The notes under the pieces are model-generated. The model searched no databases. It was not told the DNA's origin and was given only the letters and a program-made list of their open reading frames with translations. A stretch of DNA of 57,914 nucleotides from a virus (lineage: Duplodnaviria > Caudoviricetes), in IMG/VR virus record IMGVR_UViG_3300010160_004367, positions 1-57,914 of that record. One strand, given 5' to 3'. Shown here piece after piece: positions 49,402-57,914 of this stretch; within the stretch, counting starts at the first letter, position 1; the number at the start of each line of letters is the position of its first letter. A program made the translations under genes and the position numbers.

Positions 49402-50739
49402 ATGAATGATTTAGAATTTAAACAACAGGTGTTAGATCCTGTGTCCTCAAGTTTTTGTGCAGCAAAATGGTATAACGCTACCATTTGGTTAGGAAGTGGG
49501 CAGACAACAAGTTGCCATCACCCGCCAGCTCATTTGATTGACGTTGATAAAGTCAATAACAACTCTAGGCTGCTGCACAATACTGACCAGAAGAAAGAAG
49601 ACCGGCGCAAAATGCTTGCAGGCGAACGTCCCGCAGGCTGTGAATACTGCTGGAAGATCGAAGACATGGGTCGCGATGCTGTGAGTGACCGTGTTTACAA
49701 ATCAAAAATTTATCCTATAGAGGCCCTACATGAAGCAGTCAAAACTCCCATCGAACATGATGTCAATCTTAGAACTCTCGAAATTAGTTTTGATCGCACT
49801 TGTCAATTTGCTTGTTCTTATTGCAATCCTGCTTTTAGTTCCACTTGGGTCAATGACATCCGCAAGCATGGACCTTATGTTGGACTTGTTAGCGATGGCA
49901 GGAACCATTTTACTCACACTCATGATAATAGTCAACTTTATAAATTCGGTGAGACTAATCCGTACGTGGACGCCTTCTTCGACTGGTGGGAACAAGACCT
50001 CCACAAGACCCTCCAAGAACTCCGCATAACTGGCGGCGAGCCCTTAATGTCGGGCTACACCTGGAAGCTGATTGAGTGGTTCAAAACCAACCAAGGACGT
50101 AGCAACACCCGGTTGGCAATCAACTCAAATCTTGGCATTGACATGGACAAGATGAAAGACTTTGCCATGGCAGTTCACGCACTGCCTGAAGTGGATCTAT
50201 ATACCTCAATGGAAGCCACATTTGGTCAAGCAGAATACATTCGTGACGGACTAGACTATGACCAATGGCTGAACAATGTGTTATTTTTGTTGGAAGGCCA
50301 ATTTGTCAGTGCAGTGCATGTGATGTGTACAATCAATGCACTGTGCTTGGATAGTCTTGTGGACCACCTTAACATGATGTTGAGTTTGAAACAACGTTAT
50401 GGGCGTGATCAACTTAACTTTACGTTGAACATCTTACGATTCCCCAGTTTCCAAAGTGCATTAGTGTTACCAGATCACATACGCAATCGTTATCGACTGC
50501 AACTTGAAGCCTGGTTGTTTCACAATCGTGAAAACCCTTGTTTGCATGAACACGAAGTTAATCACGTTCAGCGGCTGATTGATTACCTTGACACAGTAAA
50601 GACACCACATTCAGAAGCATTTGAACAACCTAAACTGTTGAATGATTTCAAACAGTTTTACACACAATATGATCAACGCAGAGACAAAATGTTTGCTAGA
50701 ACATTTCCTAATCTGGCAGAATGGTATAACACACTATGA
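49402..50739 (+). CDS. N-terminal twitch-domain radical SAM protein (array member 3)
   Basis: CAAKW..SCHHPP..GCEYCW; CQFACSYC; TGGEPL; EYIRDG; YDQRR..F..TFPNL. Confidence 0.92.
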   Translation: MNDLEFKQQVLDPVSSSFCAAKWYNATIWLGSGQTTSCHHPPAHLIDVDKVNNNSRLLHNTDQKKEDRRKMLAGERPAGCEYCWKIEDMGRDAVSDRVYKSKIYPIEALHEAVKTPIEHDVNLRTLEISFDRTCQFACSYCNPAFSSTWVNDIRKHGPYVGLVSDGRNHFTHTHDNSQLYKFGETNPYVDAFFDWWEQDLHKTLQELRITGGEPLMSGYTWKLIEWFKTNQGRSNTRLAINSNLGIDMDKMKDFAMAVHALPEVDLYTSMEATFGQAEYIRDGLDYDQWLNNVLFLLEGQFVSAVHVMCTINALCLDSLVDHLNMMLSLKQRYGRDQLNFTLNILRFPSFQSALVLPDHIRNRYRLQLEAWLFHNRENPCLHEHEVNHVQRLIDYLDTVKTPHSEAFEQPKLLNDFKQFYTQYDQRRDKMFARTFPNLAEWYNTL

Positions 50740-52142
50740 CTTTCCCTGCTGATCTTTCCAAAATAAAAGTATGGAAAGAGCAAACACTCGACAGCAAGAG
50801 CAAAAGTTTTTGTGGAGCAAAATGGTATCATTCTAGCATGTGGCTGTGGAGAGGATGGACAGCCAGCTGCCATCACAATCCTCCACATCAAATTGATCAA
50901 GCGGAAATTGCACAAACTCCCAGTGCATTGCACAATACATCGAAAAAAATCAATGAACGTGCAATGATGCAACGTGGCGAAAAACCCTTGGATTGCCAAT
51001 ATTGCTGGGCAATAGAAAACATCGATTCAGACATGTTAGCAGACAGAGTTTGGTATAGCAAAAGTATGTCAAGCAAAAGTTTGCAGGTGGCATTTGAAAA
51101 TTCACCTGAAACTCATGTGAATCCAACATATCTTGAGTTGGGGTTTGACAGCACATGTAATCTGGCATGCAGTTATTGTTGTCCTGACATCAGCAGTTCT
51201 TGGATGCGCGATATCAAACAAAATGGTGTGTATCAAAATATCATCACTGATGAACGTGAACATTATACTCGTGCTGGCAGTGTTGGGGACAACTACAGCT
51301 ACGGTGAAGAAAATCCCTATGCTGATGCATTTTTTAAATGGTGGGAAACAGATCTGCACCTCTCATTGAGGAACATACATATCACTGGCGGCGAGCCGTT
51401 GATGAGTGGACATTTTTGGAAATTTTTAGATTGGTTGGAACAGAACCCCAACAAAAGTCGTGCATCTATATCCATACAAACAAACTTGGCCTACGATTCA
51501 GACATGTTGAATAGATTCCTTGACAAGATCTCAACAATAAGAACGGGTTTTGCAATTTCCACTAGTATGGAATCCACAGGATCAAAAGCAGAATATGTTA
51601 GAGATGGTGTGAACTGGGAACAATGGTGTAAAAATATAAACATATTAACCAAGAACAAACGCATAAACCGTGTGGAGATTTTCTCCACAATGAGTGCAGT
51701 ATCATTAAACGGGTTTGTGGAATTTTTAACTTGGTTAGTAGAACAAAAGAAACAGATGGGCAAATCTTATTTTGATCTGTATATAAGTTATGTGAGATGG
51801 CCTACTTTTCAAAATGTAATGGTGCTGCCTGCAGAAATAAAAAAACAATACAGCAATGAGTTGCAATATTTTGTTGACAACAATCAACAATGGTTTTCGA
51901 CCAAAGAAATAAATTTTATAAACAGACTGATATCATATCTTGTCGACGTGCAATCTCCGCATAGTGGAAGCATAGTATCAGACGGAACATTAAATTTTGT
52001 TGATCAGCAATTTGCTCACAACACTTTATCAATGCAAAAAGATTTTAAAAGTTTTTTCTCTCAGTATGATCAGCGCAGAAATAAAAAATTTACTGCAACG
52101 TTTCCTAACCTAGAAGAATGGTATGACTCAATACAAGTATAA
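50736..52142 (+). CDS. N-terminal twitch-domain radical SAM protein (array member 4, AT-rich, close paralog of member 3)
   Basis: CGAKW..SCHHNPP..DCQYCW; CNLACSYC; TGGEPLMSG; EYVRDG; YDQRR..F..TFPNL. Confidence 0.92.
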   Translation: MTFPADLSKIKVWKEQTLDSKSKSFCGAKWYHSSMWLWRGWTASCHHNPPHQIDQAEIAQTPSALHNTSKKINERAMMQRGEKPLDCQYCWAIENIDSDMLADRVWYSKSMSSKSLQVAFENSPETHVNPTYLELGFDSTCNLACSYCCPDISSSWMRDIKQNGVYQNIITDEREHYTRAGSVGDNYSYGEENPYADAFFKWWETDLHLSLRNIHITGGEPLMSGHFWKFLDWLEQNPNKSRASISIQTNLAYDSDMLNRFLDKISTIRTGFAISTSMESTGSKAEYVRDGVNWEQWCKNINILTKNKRINRVEIFSTMSAVSLNGFVEFLTWLVEQKKQMGKSYFDLYISYVRWPTFQNVMVLPAEIKKQYSNELQYFVDNNQQWFSTKEINFINRLISYLVDVQSPHSGSIVSDGTLNFVDQQFAHNTLSMQKDFKSFFSQYDQRRNKKFTATFPNLEEWYDSIQV

Positions 52143-53406
52143 CAGCAGTGATCTGGTGCGTCCCACAGAACTCACAGACCGTGAGCAATTTTTGTTGACT
52201 GAATCAAAAACATTTTGCATATATCCTTGGATACACTTGCATGCCTATCCCACAGGTGAAGCATATCCTTGTTGCCATGCTGAGATGGGTGTGGGACAAG
52301 TTGGTAATTGTCGTATCCAGCCGTTGGAAGAAATTTGGAACAATACCAAGCAACGACAGTTACGCATGGACATGCTGACCGAAACAGACAACTCCACTTG
52401 CGGTCGCTGTTACGAGCAAGAGAAATCAGGATTCTTCTCAGGACGTCAAAGCGCCAACAAGCATCATGGGCATCATGTTGCTCGGGTGCATAACACTGAA
52501 GACAACGGCCACTTGGAACAATTTGAAATGACCTACTGGGATATTCGTTTCTCAAACTTGTGCAATTTAAAATGTCGCAGTTGCGGGCATATCTTTTCAA
52601 GCCAATGGTATCAAGACCAAGCCAAGCTGGCAGGTGGCGACTGGAAGGATCGCAACACTGTGTTGAACTATGCAGGACGCACTGAAACGGATATGTGGGA
52701 ACAATTAGAACCGCACTTGGATTACGTGGAGCAAATTTACTTTGCTGGCGGCGAACCCTTGCTGATGGAAGAACACTATCGTATTTTGGAAGAACTTGTT
52801 CGACGCAAAATGTTCCATGTGCGATTGATTTACAACACAAACTTCACGCACACTGAACTCAAGGGCAAGAGTGTATTTGAATACTGGAAACTGTTTGACA
52901 GCGTGGCAGTGGGTGCAAGTTTGGATGCTTCCGGTGTGCGAGGAGAATATATTCGCAAAGGCACTGACTGGGCTGTGGTAGAACACAACCGTGTTGAAAT
53001 GCTGAAAATTTGTCCAGGCGTTGATTTTTACATTAGTCCTACCTTGAGTATTCTCAACGCACGCCACTTGCCTGAGTTTCATCGCAACTGGGTAGAACGC
53101 GGATTAATTCGACCACAGGACTTGAATGTAAATATATTACAAGATCCTGCACATTATAGAATTGATATTGCTACCAAAGAATACAAAGAAGAATTAAGCA
53201 CAAGGTATTTGAATCACATCATGTGGTTGCGTGATCAAGATCCACTGGGTCGCGCCACACAAGGGTTTGAATCAGCAATAACTTTTATGAACACCACAGA
53301 CAACACTCACTTGATAGATACGTTTTGGCGTAAAACACACGAGCTAGATAATATTAGACGAGAAAGCATTATGGATGTGATTCCAGAACTGGCAGCATTA
53401 AAATGA
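52123..53406 (+). CDS. N-terminal twitch-domain radical SAM protein (array member 5)
   Basis: CIYPW..PCC..TCGRC; CNLKCRSC; AGGEPL; YNTN; SLD; EYIRKG; LDNIR....VIPEL. Confidence 0.92.
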   Translation: MTQYKYNSSDLVRPTELTDREQFLLTESKTFCIYPWIHLHAYPTGEAYPCCHAEMGVGQVGNCRIQPLEEIWNNTKQRQLRMDMLTETDNSTCGRCYEQEKSGFFSGRQSANKHHGHHVARVHNTEDNGHLEQFEMTYWDIRFSNLCNLKCRSCGHIFSSQWYQDQAKLAGGDWKDRNTVLNYAGRTETDMWEQLEPHLDYVEQIYFAGGEPLLMEEHYRILEELVRRKMFHVRLIYNTNFTHTELKGKSVFEYWKLFDSVAVGASLDASGVRGEYIRKGTDWAVVEHNRVEMLKICPGVDFYISPTLSILNARHLPEFHRNWVERGLIRPQDLNVNILQDPAHYRIDIATKEYKEELSTRYLNHIMWLRDQDPLGRATQGFESAITFMNTTDNTHLIDTFWRKTHELDNIRRESIMDVIPELAALK

Positions 53407-54617
53407 ACATACCACACGATAAGTTTTGCGTGTTACCCTGGATTAGTATTGAAGCCTCGCCTGTTGGAACAGTGCGTCCTTGTTGCCTTGCTGACAACGA
53501 AATTGTAGACGATTCGGGCCGCAAATTTGAGTTGAGCACAGCCAACTTTGCTGATATACAAAACTCAAATCACATGCGCAGCCTGCGTGAACAGTTTCTT
53601 GCAGGTGAGCGCCCACAAACTTGTCGCAAGTGCTGGAATGAAGAACGTGGCGGTCGCACCAGCAAGCGTATGCACACACTAGACAGACTCAAACACACAA
53701 TCACAGACACAGAGTGGACCGCAGACGCCAAGCACTTGATGTTTTTGGATCTAAAACTGGGAAATATCTGCAATTTGAAATGCCGCATTTGTGGCTCATG
53801 GTCGAGCAGTCAATTTGCTTCAGAAGAAATCAGTTACTTGCCGCGAGAACAACAAAAATCAAGTCATGCATATCAAATGCTACGTGCAGGTGCCTGGCCC
53901 AGAGAGAACACTCAATTCTGGCAGCAGATTGACAGTGTGCTAACAGACATTCGCTATATTGAATTCACTGGTGGCGAACCGTTCATGATTGACGAACACT
54001 TTGACATGTTGCAGGGCATTGTTGATCGTGGCATCGCACACCAAGTTGAAATACACTACAACACCAATGGCACACAGTATCCTGAACGTGGTGAGGCAAT
54101 TTGGCGGCATTTCAAAACTGTTGAGATTGCATTCAGTATTGATGACATTGGAGAGAGATTTGAATATCAACGTAGCAACGCCAATTGGTCGGGGGTCTGC
54201 GCAAACCTAGATCGTTTTAGAGATCTCAAAGAATGTCACAAGAATATAGTGCTACAAATTTGCACCACAGTAAACGTATTCAATGTGCGTTACTTAGATC
54301 AAGTTGCCCAATGGATTGATCTGAACAAAGAAAGTTTTAATTTTGTATACTGGAACATGATGCACGATGCATGGTATTTCAGTATTGCCACACTGCCAGA
54401 CACTGCCAAAGCAGCCATAACACAACATCTACGTTCAGCAGATGTTCCGCCACAGTATCGTGGAGAATTTGATCGCATTGTGGATTTTATGAACACTGGT
54501 GCAAGTTCAGACGGTGCCATCTTGCGTATGAAGGTTGCAGATTTAGATCGCAAACGCAATCAAAATTTGCGTGATATAGAACCTGAATTTGCTGAGCTAA
54601 TCAATTATGAATCTTAA
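53403..54617 (+). CDS. N-terminal twitch-domain radical SAM protein (array member 6)
   Basis: CVLPW..PCC..TCRKCW; CNLKCRIC; TGGEPF; YNTNG; SID; LDRKR....IEPEF. Confidence 0.92.
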   Translation: MNIPHDKFCVLPWISIEASPVGTVRPCCLADNEIVDDSGRKFELSTANFADIQNSNHMRSLREQFLAGERPQTCRKCWNEERGGRTSKRMHTLDRLKHTITDTEWTADAKHLMFLDLKLGNICNLKCRICGSWSSSQFASEEISYLPREQQKSSHAYQMLRAGAWPRENTQFWQQIDSVLTDIRYIEFTGGEPFMIDEHFDMLQGIVDRGIAHQVEIHYNTNGTQYPERGEAIWRHFKTVEIAFSIDDIGERFEYQRSNANWSGVCANLDRFRDLKECHKNIVLQICTTVNVFNVRYLDQVAQWIDLNKESFNFVYWNMMHDAWYFSIATLPDTAKAAITQHLRSADVPPQYRGEFDRIVDFMNTGASSDGAILRMKVADLDRKRNQNLRDIEPEFAELINYES

Positions 54618-56001
54618 ATTATATTTTGGCAAAGAAGACTATGACAATTTAGCAGGGCCTGATTGGCCCAGTTACGAGTCTATCTGTGCTGGCGTGACAG
54701 CAAAAGATCCTGAAATACAAAAAGAGATAGACGGGTATTTAGATATGTTTCGCAAGGATGGTATCAAGTTTCCTATCAACACTGCCACAGCATGTCAAAG
54801 TAAATGGACCTGGAGCACAATTTATTTAAATCAGCTATCCACCGCCAGTTGTCACAGAGTGCAACCTCTACCATTTGAACTAGAAAATTTTGACAATTTT
54901 CATAACATACCAAAAAAATTACAAGATCGTCAACTGATGTTGGAAGGAAAATGGCCCAAGGGAGGCTGCGAATATTGTCAGGTAATAGAAGAAGCTGGCG
55001 GCCACAGTGATCGTCAACACAACTTGGAAATACGCGGATTGACTCCTCCAGAGGTAGAACTAGACCCCACTGCTGTTAATGTAAGCCCTCGCATAGTAGA
55101 AATATTTGCGCAGAACACTTGCAACTTGTCATGCATTTATTGCAATGGTAATTTGAGCAGTCAAATCGAAAGAGAAAATATCAAACACGGAAATTTCAAT
55201 TCAAATGGAGTTAGAATTCCAATAATCACAACTCCTACTCAAGCTGCAAAAGAATACTTTGATCGCTTTATTTCTTGGCTGGACCGTAATGTAAACACTT
55301 TGAATAGACTGCACTTGCTGGGTGGCGAAACATTTATACAACACGAATTAATGACTGCTGTGTTGGGCATACTAGAAAAGAATCCCAACCCTGACTTGCA
55401 GTTTTGTATTTTCAGTAACTTGAATGTTCCTGACAGTGCATGGGATAGATATGTTCCTCGCATATTGGATTTACAAAAACGTGGTTATATAAAATACTTC
55501 GATTTGACAGCCAGCATTGATTGCTGGGGACCTGAACAAGAATATGTTCGTTCAGGATTGAATTTAGAAAAGTTCGAAAAACGTTTTGCATGGGCAGCCG
55601 ATCAAGACCCAACTCGGTTGAGATTGAATGTGAATCAAACAGTGACTGGGATGACAATAAAAACCATGCCAGGACTGATTGAAAAAATCAAACAATACAG
55701 CAAGCACAGACACATTGGGCATTATTTTCAATTCTATACTGGAACACACATGTTTCAACATCCCAATGTGTTTGCCTACAGCATGTGGGAAAAAGATTTT
55801 AAAAATATACTTGCAGTCATGCCAACTGATACCATAGAACAGCAAGAAGCCATACCTCGCATGATTGGACTGCAACGATATCTTCAACAAAGGGTTGACC
55901 ATAATCACAGTGAAATTAAAAAATTGCATGTGTATCTAGATGAGCTTGATCGCCGCCGCGGCACTGATTGGAACAAATTGTTTGGATATTTAAAAGTATG
56001 A
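54607..56001 (+). CDS. N-terminal twitch-domain radical SAM protein (array member 7) with an extra N-terminal GPDWP module
   Basis: CQSKW..SCHR..GCEYC; CNLSCIYC; LGGET; SID; EYVRSG; LDRRR. Confidence 0.9.
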   Translation: MNLKLYFGKEDYDNLAGPDWPSYESICAGVTAKDPEIQKEIDGYLDMFRKDGIKFPINTATACQSKWTWSTIYLNQLSTASCHRVQPLPFELENFDNFHNIPKKLQDRQLMLEGKWPKGGCEYCQVIEEAGGHSDRQHNLEIRGLTPPEVELDPTAVNVSPRIVEIFAQNTCNLSCIYCNGNLSSQIERENIKHGNFNSNGVRIPIITTPTQAAKEYFDRFISWLDRNVNTLNRLHLLGGETFIQHELMTAVLGILEKNPNPDLQFCIFSNLNVPDSAWDRYVPRILDLQKRGYIKYFDLTASIDCWGPEQEYVRSGLNLEKFEKRFAWAADQDPTRLRLNVNQTVTGMTIKTMPGLIEKIKQYSKHRHIGHYFQFYTGTHMFQHPNVFAYSMWEKDFKNILAVMPTDTIEQQEAIPRMIGLQRYLQQRVDHNHSEIKKLHVYLDELDRRRGTDWNKLFGYLKV

Positions 56002-57275
56002 GTCTATGCATGGCGCCCTGGGTGCATACCTATCTAAGTCCGCAAACAGAACGACGTATGTGTTGTGCGTCAAGAGAACCTGCGCAGAACTTTGAGCAAT
56101 ACATAGACACAGCCGCAGGCACTGGTCAATACATTCCTATCACACTGGATGAGCACTGGAACTCACCGCACATGATGAGTGTGCGCAGTAGAATGATGGC
56201 TGGCGAAACACTCCCCGAGTGTGAAGTATGCAATGACAAACTGTTGAACACAGACGTTTACCGCACATATTTTTGGCATTTGTTCAAACATAAGTATCCT
56301 GACATCTGGGAAACTACCGACACAGCAGGCCGCACCACAATGCAGCCTGTGAGTTGGGATTATAGATTCAGTAACCTGTGCAATTTCAAATGTCGTATGT
56401 GCGGTGACATGCTGAGCTCAAGTTGGGAAACAGAGCAGAAGCAACACAACATGGTTGACTGGTCGAATTCCAAGAACACCTGGATGCGGCCTGAGGTGCG
56501 TCGAGAGATTTCAGCATTCCAAGACAGTCAAATAGAGGCTGAGTTTGCTGAGGCAGTGGAACAGCATCGTGTTGAAGAAGTATACTGGGTAGGTGGCGAG
56601 CCCCTGATGTACGAACAACATTGGCGTTATATGAAGCGCATAGTTGAATTAGGGGATGGGCCAAGAGTATATGCTAGATACAATACAAATTTATCCAGAG
56701 TGGATTATCGAGGTGTTAATCTATATTGCAATATTCTTAGTGGGCTACGTGATTGGCAGATATGTGCGAGTCTCGACGGCACAGGCGCAATTGGTGAATA
56801 CATTAGAACAGGCCTTGAGTATGATCAGTGGCTTGACAATTTTGGTCAAGCAGTTGCGATCCAACGTCACAGACGTCAAGTACGAATTGACTTTACGCTC
56901 ACTCTGCCCGGAATGTTCGAAGTTACACGTATTAGACAACTTGCCCAAGAGTTCAGAGTCGACGTCCTTGCTAAAGTAATATTCTCATTCTCACCAGACA
57001 TCATAATGAGTCCACTGGCATTGCCAAAATCTTTGTTAGACGCCTGGGTTGATGAATTGGTGCCAGAAGTGAACGGTGCTCTACGTGATGTATTGTTGCA
57101 ATTAAAACAACGACCCACATTTGAACAGCAATGGCCAGATCAATATCGTGCAGGCCTTGCAAAGGGCAAGGCACGTGTGTTACAATTAGAAAGCATACGC
57201 ACACAGAAGATCACAATGGCAGAAATACTAGCTGATCGTCCTGCAGTGCTAGAATGGTGGAACAACATTGCTTGA
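55998..57275 (+). CDS. N-terminal twitch-domain radical SAM protein (array member 8)
   Basis: Start at ATG 55998 (ATGA overlap); CMAPW..MCC..ECEVC; CNFKCRMC; VGGEPL; YNTN; SLDG; EYIRTG. Confidence 0.92.
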   Translation: MSLCMAPWVHTYLSPQTERRMCCASREPAQNFEQYIDTAAGTGQYIPITLDEHWNSPHMMSVRSRMMAGETLPECEVCNDKLLNTDVYRTYFWHLFKHKYPDIWETTDTAGRTTMQPVSWDYRFSNLCNFKCRMCGDMLSSSWETEQKQHNMVDWSNSKNTWMRPEVRREISAFQDSQIEAEFAEAVEQHRVEEVYWVGGEPLMYEQHWRYMKRIVELGDGPRVYARYNTNLSRVDYRGVNLYCNILSGLRDWQICASLDGTGAIGEYIRTGLEYDQWLDNFGQAVAIQRHRRQVRIDFTLTLPGMFEVTRIRQLAQEFRVDVLAKVIFSFSPDIIMSPLALPKSLLDAWVDELVPEVNGALRDVLLQLKQRPTFEQQWPDQYRAGLAKGKARVLQLESIRTQKITMAEILADRPAVLEWWNNIA

Positions 57276-57914
57276 TAGAATTGAAATAGACCTGCGTGGC
57301 GCAGACACACTCACACTGCACATTGATGTAGCAGACAACAGCCTAAGTCGTAAATGGCTCACAGCTTTGAACAATATCATACGCAGTGATTTACACTTGG
57401 AAAAGAACTACTGCTGGTTGGGCTGGACTGAAAGTGAACGCAATGCTGAATATATCATCAACCAAATCAACAACAGTATTCAAGTAATCAACTCAGCCAA
57501 CTTGGGCTACACAATTGATGATCATTTCACCGTGGCAGAAACCATACAAGACAACTTGGATGTTGACCATGAGCGCATGAATTGGTTACATCGTTACTTT
57601 GAAGATTTGCAAGGACATTCAGGACACATGAGTGCTTATTGGAGTCAAGCTGATGCCGCCACACGTTGGCACATACGTCAACTCAATCTGCTGTGTCACG
57701 AATATGAAAGCCTTGTGCTCAGCATGCGCAAGGTGCTACAAGCACCCGAATGGCGTAGACCCAGTCAGCTGATGTGCTGGCTCAACGCACCAAGATTTGC
57801 ATTAGACACAGAGGACTATGAACTGTTTGGGATAGACACAATCAACCGACAAATGGGCGGAGTGTATGTGGGTGTAAACAAGGCAGTAAGCAAAGCACAC
57901 TGGGAAGTGTTCAA
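57268..57914 (+). CDS. Hypothetical protein, truncated by the right window edge
   Basis: Not in the ORF track. Open frame from TTG 57268: MLDRIEIDLRG...RKWL...HLEKNYCWLG...MNWLHRYFEDLQG...RQLNLLCHEYE; no stop before the end. Confidence 0.75.
   Translation, partial: MLDRIEIDLRGADTLTLHIDVADNSLSRKWLTALNNIIRSDLHLEKNYCWLGWTESERNAEYIINQINNSIQVINSANLGYTIDDHFTVAETIQDNLDVDHERMNWLHRYFEDLQGHSGHMSAYWSQADAATRWHIRQLNLLCHEYESLVLSMRKVLQAPEWRRPSQLMCWLNAPRFALDTEDYELFGIDTINRQMGGVYVGVNKAVSKAHWEVF

Noticed and set aside
50721-50730. TGgTATAAC as an extended -10 promoter before 50736
   Set aside because: Explained by the conserved EWY coding motif, also present at the end of the next paralog, and no -35 box is present.
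52172-52840. 222-aa minus-strand ORF
   Set aside because: Antisense shadow of radical SAM member 5; no motifs and an atypical C/R/S-rich composition.
45760-57275. Assigning the radical SAMs to MoaA, PqqE, NrdG, QueE, viperin or anSME
   Set aside because: The N-terminal twitch architecture does not fit, and the partner genes of those pathways are absent from the window.
1-57914. Stop-codon reassignment, as seen in some large phages
   Set aside because: Genes are intact and densely packed under code 11, including a 15 kb ORF; TAA, TGA and TAG all serve as stops.

Overview
This window is a fragment of a large T4-related (myovirus-type) dsDNA phage genome in the standard genetic code, with two divergent arms meeting at about 8970-9030. 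The left arm (minus strand, 1-8921) carries a gp55-like late sigma factor, gp47 and gp46 (Mre11/Rad50-like nuclease) with a radical SAM gene inserted between them, three hypothetical genes, a second radical SAM gene and an SDR oxidoreductase. The right arm (plus strand) starts with a contractile-tail baseplate and fibre module at 9034-41485: tube-initiator-like, gp53-like, hub, gp5-like spike, degenerate lysozyme-like, gp25, gp6, a 5122-aa giant wedge/adhesin protein, small virion proteins and a tail fibre. Several of these genes are preceded by TAAATA late-promoter boxes, and an intrinsic terminator closes the module. A tightly overlapping ~16 kb operon follows (41545-end) with glycosyltransferase-like genes, an HldE/RfaE-type sugar kinase, a cupin and eight paralogous radical SAM enzymes with N-terminal twitch domains. 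The window holds ten radical SAM genes in total. The best candidate for an undescribed system is this phage-encoded, apparently cassette-like radical SAM plus glycosyltransferase locus, possibly a glycan or virion modification pathway. All calls rest on motif recognition by eye; no searches were run. I recognised no tRNA, rRNA, CRISPR array or transposase.
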